The position numbers were made by a program, and so were the translations under genes. The notes beneath the pieces were generated by a model, which saw only the letters and a list, made by a program, of their open reading frames with translations, was not told the DNA's origin and did no database searches. Below are positions 15,213 to 16,210 of a stretch of 16,210 nt of DNA, one piece after another. The DNA is taken from positions 1 through 16,210 of the forward strand of contig JAEOSH010000050.1 of the NCBI GenBank assembly GCA_016840465.1. Direction: 5' to 3'. The DNA is from Candidatus Baldrarchaeum yapensis. GTDB taxonomy: Archaea > Asgardarchaeota > Baldrarchaeia > Baldrarchaeales > Baldrarchaeaceae. How positions within the stretch are numbered: the first letter of the stretch is position 1; each line of letters opens with the position of its first letter.

Positions 15213-15758
15213 ATGCGCGAAAGAAGGCGAAGATGGTGGCCGTTTGACGAAATTTTCGAGGAAATGAGAAGGATTTTCGAAGAGATAGAGGAGAGTATTT
15301 TCCGTGAATGGGAAGAGTTCGAAAGGATGCTTCCTAGAACAAAAACTCCATCGGGAGTGGAAATACATGGTCCAATTGTCTGGGGCTGGTCGCTGACCAT
15401 AGGTCCTGACGGAAAGCCCGTAGTAAGGGAGTTCGGCAACCTCCCACGGCCCTACGAACTCAGAAGGGGTCTAATAAAGGGCACACGTGAGCCGCTAATC
15501 GACGTGATAGAGGGAGATGAGGAGATTATCGTCGTTGCTGAGACCCCTGGGGTTGAAAAGGACGAGATAGAGTTGCATGCGACGGAAAGAGAGCTTGAAA
15601 TAAAGGCCGGTGATAAGTACTATAAGAAGTTAGAGTTACCAACTGAGGTAATCCCCGAGAAGGCAAAGGCGACATATAAGAATGGTGTTCTCGAAATAAG
15701 GATTCCGAGAAAGACCCCGAAGGAGAAACCAAAGGGAACTCGGATAAAGGTCGAATGA
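15213..15758 (+). CDS. hsp20: Archaeal small heat-shock protein Hsp20
   Basis: WWPFDEIFEEM..., GPIVWGWSLTIGPDGKPVVREFGN, EPLIDVIE..VVAETPGVEK, ATYKNGVLEIRIP, and a C-terminal IKV motif. Confidence 0.93.
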   Translation: MRERRRRWWPFDEIFEEMRRIFEEIEESIFREWEEFERMLPRTKTPSGVEIHGPIVWGWSLTIGPDGKPVVREFGNLPRPYELRRGLIKGTREPLIDVIEGDEEIIVVAETPGVEKDEIELHATERELEIKAGDKYYKKLELPTEVIPEKAKATYKNGVLEIRIPRKTPKEKPKGTRIKVE

Positions 15759-15838
15759 TCCCCGTACTTTCACACCTCCCATCCTATTTATTCATAGACC
15801 GTTTTTGATGGCTTTCACGCCTTGGCAAAAATAGAAAT

Positions 15839-15846
15839 TTTTATAT
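15839..15846 (+). promoter_or_regulatory. TATA box of the thermosome gene
   Basis: TTTATATA-like box after A-rich AAAAATAGAAA, about 55 nt upstream of ATG 15902. GGAGGAGG ribosome-binding site at 15887-94. Confidence 0.55.
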
Positions 15847-15901
15847 AGAAGTGCTAATCAAGGAGTCTTTCGGCTGAGCATAAAATGGAGGAGGATTTGA
15901 T

Positions 15902-16210
15902 ATGGCAACACAGGGAATCCCCGTCATAATCCTGAAGGAAGGAACCCAGAGAGCGGTCGGACGCGACGCGATGCGGTCCAACATAATGGCCGCGCGCATA
16001 ATTGCGGAGGCCGTCAGAACGACCCTAGGTCCAAGAGGAATGGACAAAATGCTTGTTGATAGCCTCGGTGACGTGACCATCACGAACGACGGCGCGACGA
16101 TTCTGAAGGAGATAGACGTGCAGCACCCCGCTGCGAAGATGATGGTGGAGGTTGCGAAGGCGCAGGACAATGAGGTCGGCGACGGGACGACCACGGCCGT
16201 CGTCCTCGCG
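15902..16210 (+). CDS. ths: Thermosome (group II chaperonin) subunit, 5' part; runs off the window end
   Basis: Translated by hand (missing from the ORF track because it has no stop): [17 protein letters not shown]...[63 protein letters not shown]. Confidence 0.98.
   Translation, partial: MATQGIPVIILKEGTQRAVGRDAMRSNIMAARIIAEAVRTTLGPRGMDKMLVDSLGDVTITNDGATILKEIDVQHPAAKMMVEVAKAQDNEVGDGTTTAVVLA

Noticed and set aside
6784-16194. Long antisense ORFs such as 6784..7200, 8257..8985, 12410..12796, 14672..15130 and 15841..16194
   Set aside because: Shadow frames opposite well-supported genes, with no family motifs.
1-16210. tRNA, rRNA, SRP RNA or CRISPR array
   Set aside because: No T-loop/acceptor-stem pattern, rRNA signature, SRP helix-8 motif or regularly spaced repeat series was seen on either strand by eye.

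Overview
Archaeal chromosomal segment, probably from a thermophile: strong GGAGGTGA ribosome-binding sites, TATA/BRE promoters, a thermosome, two Hsp20-family genes, HEPN-MNT and a tungsten AOR. An Asgard or TACK lineage is only a guess. Gene order: an atypical Hsp20 divergent from a Phr-like heat-shock regulator, sharing a double palindromic operator; an ECF S-component/DUF4430/surface-protein operon flanked by DtxR-like boxes; HEPN-MNT; a frameshifted aor pseudogene; a membrane protein; a YtcJ-type amidohydrolase; a decayed ABC/AAA-type ATPase gene; a multi-Fe-S radical SAM enzyme; a coiled-coil/winged-helix protein; a frameshifted V4R-like gene; a PK_C-like protein; a Ser/Thr kinase; hsp20; and the start of the thermosome gene. 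The most striking feature is a 279-bp insertion (9949-10227) in the ATPase pseudogene. Removing it exactly restores the reading frame. It has hairpins at both ends, no target duplication, its own TATA promoter and a GC-rich structured RNA. It looks like a protein-free TnpB-type (IS200/IS605 or IS607) mini-element carrying an omegaRNA-like scaffold whose guide would match the empty insertion site. All family calls are by motif recognition; no database search was run.
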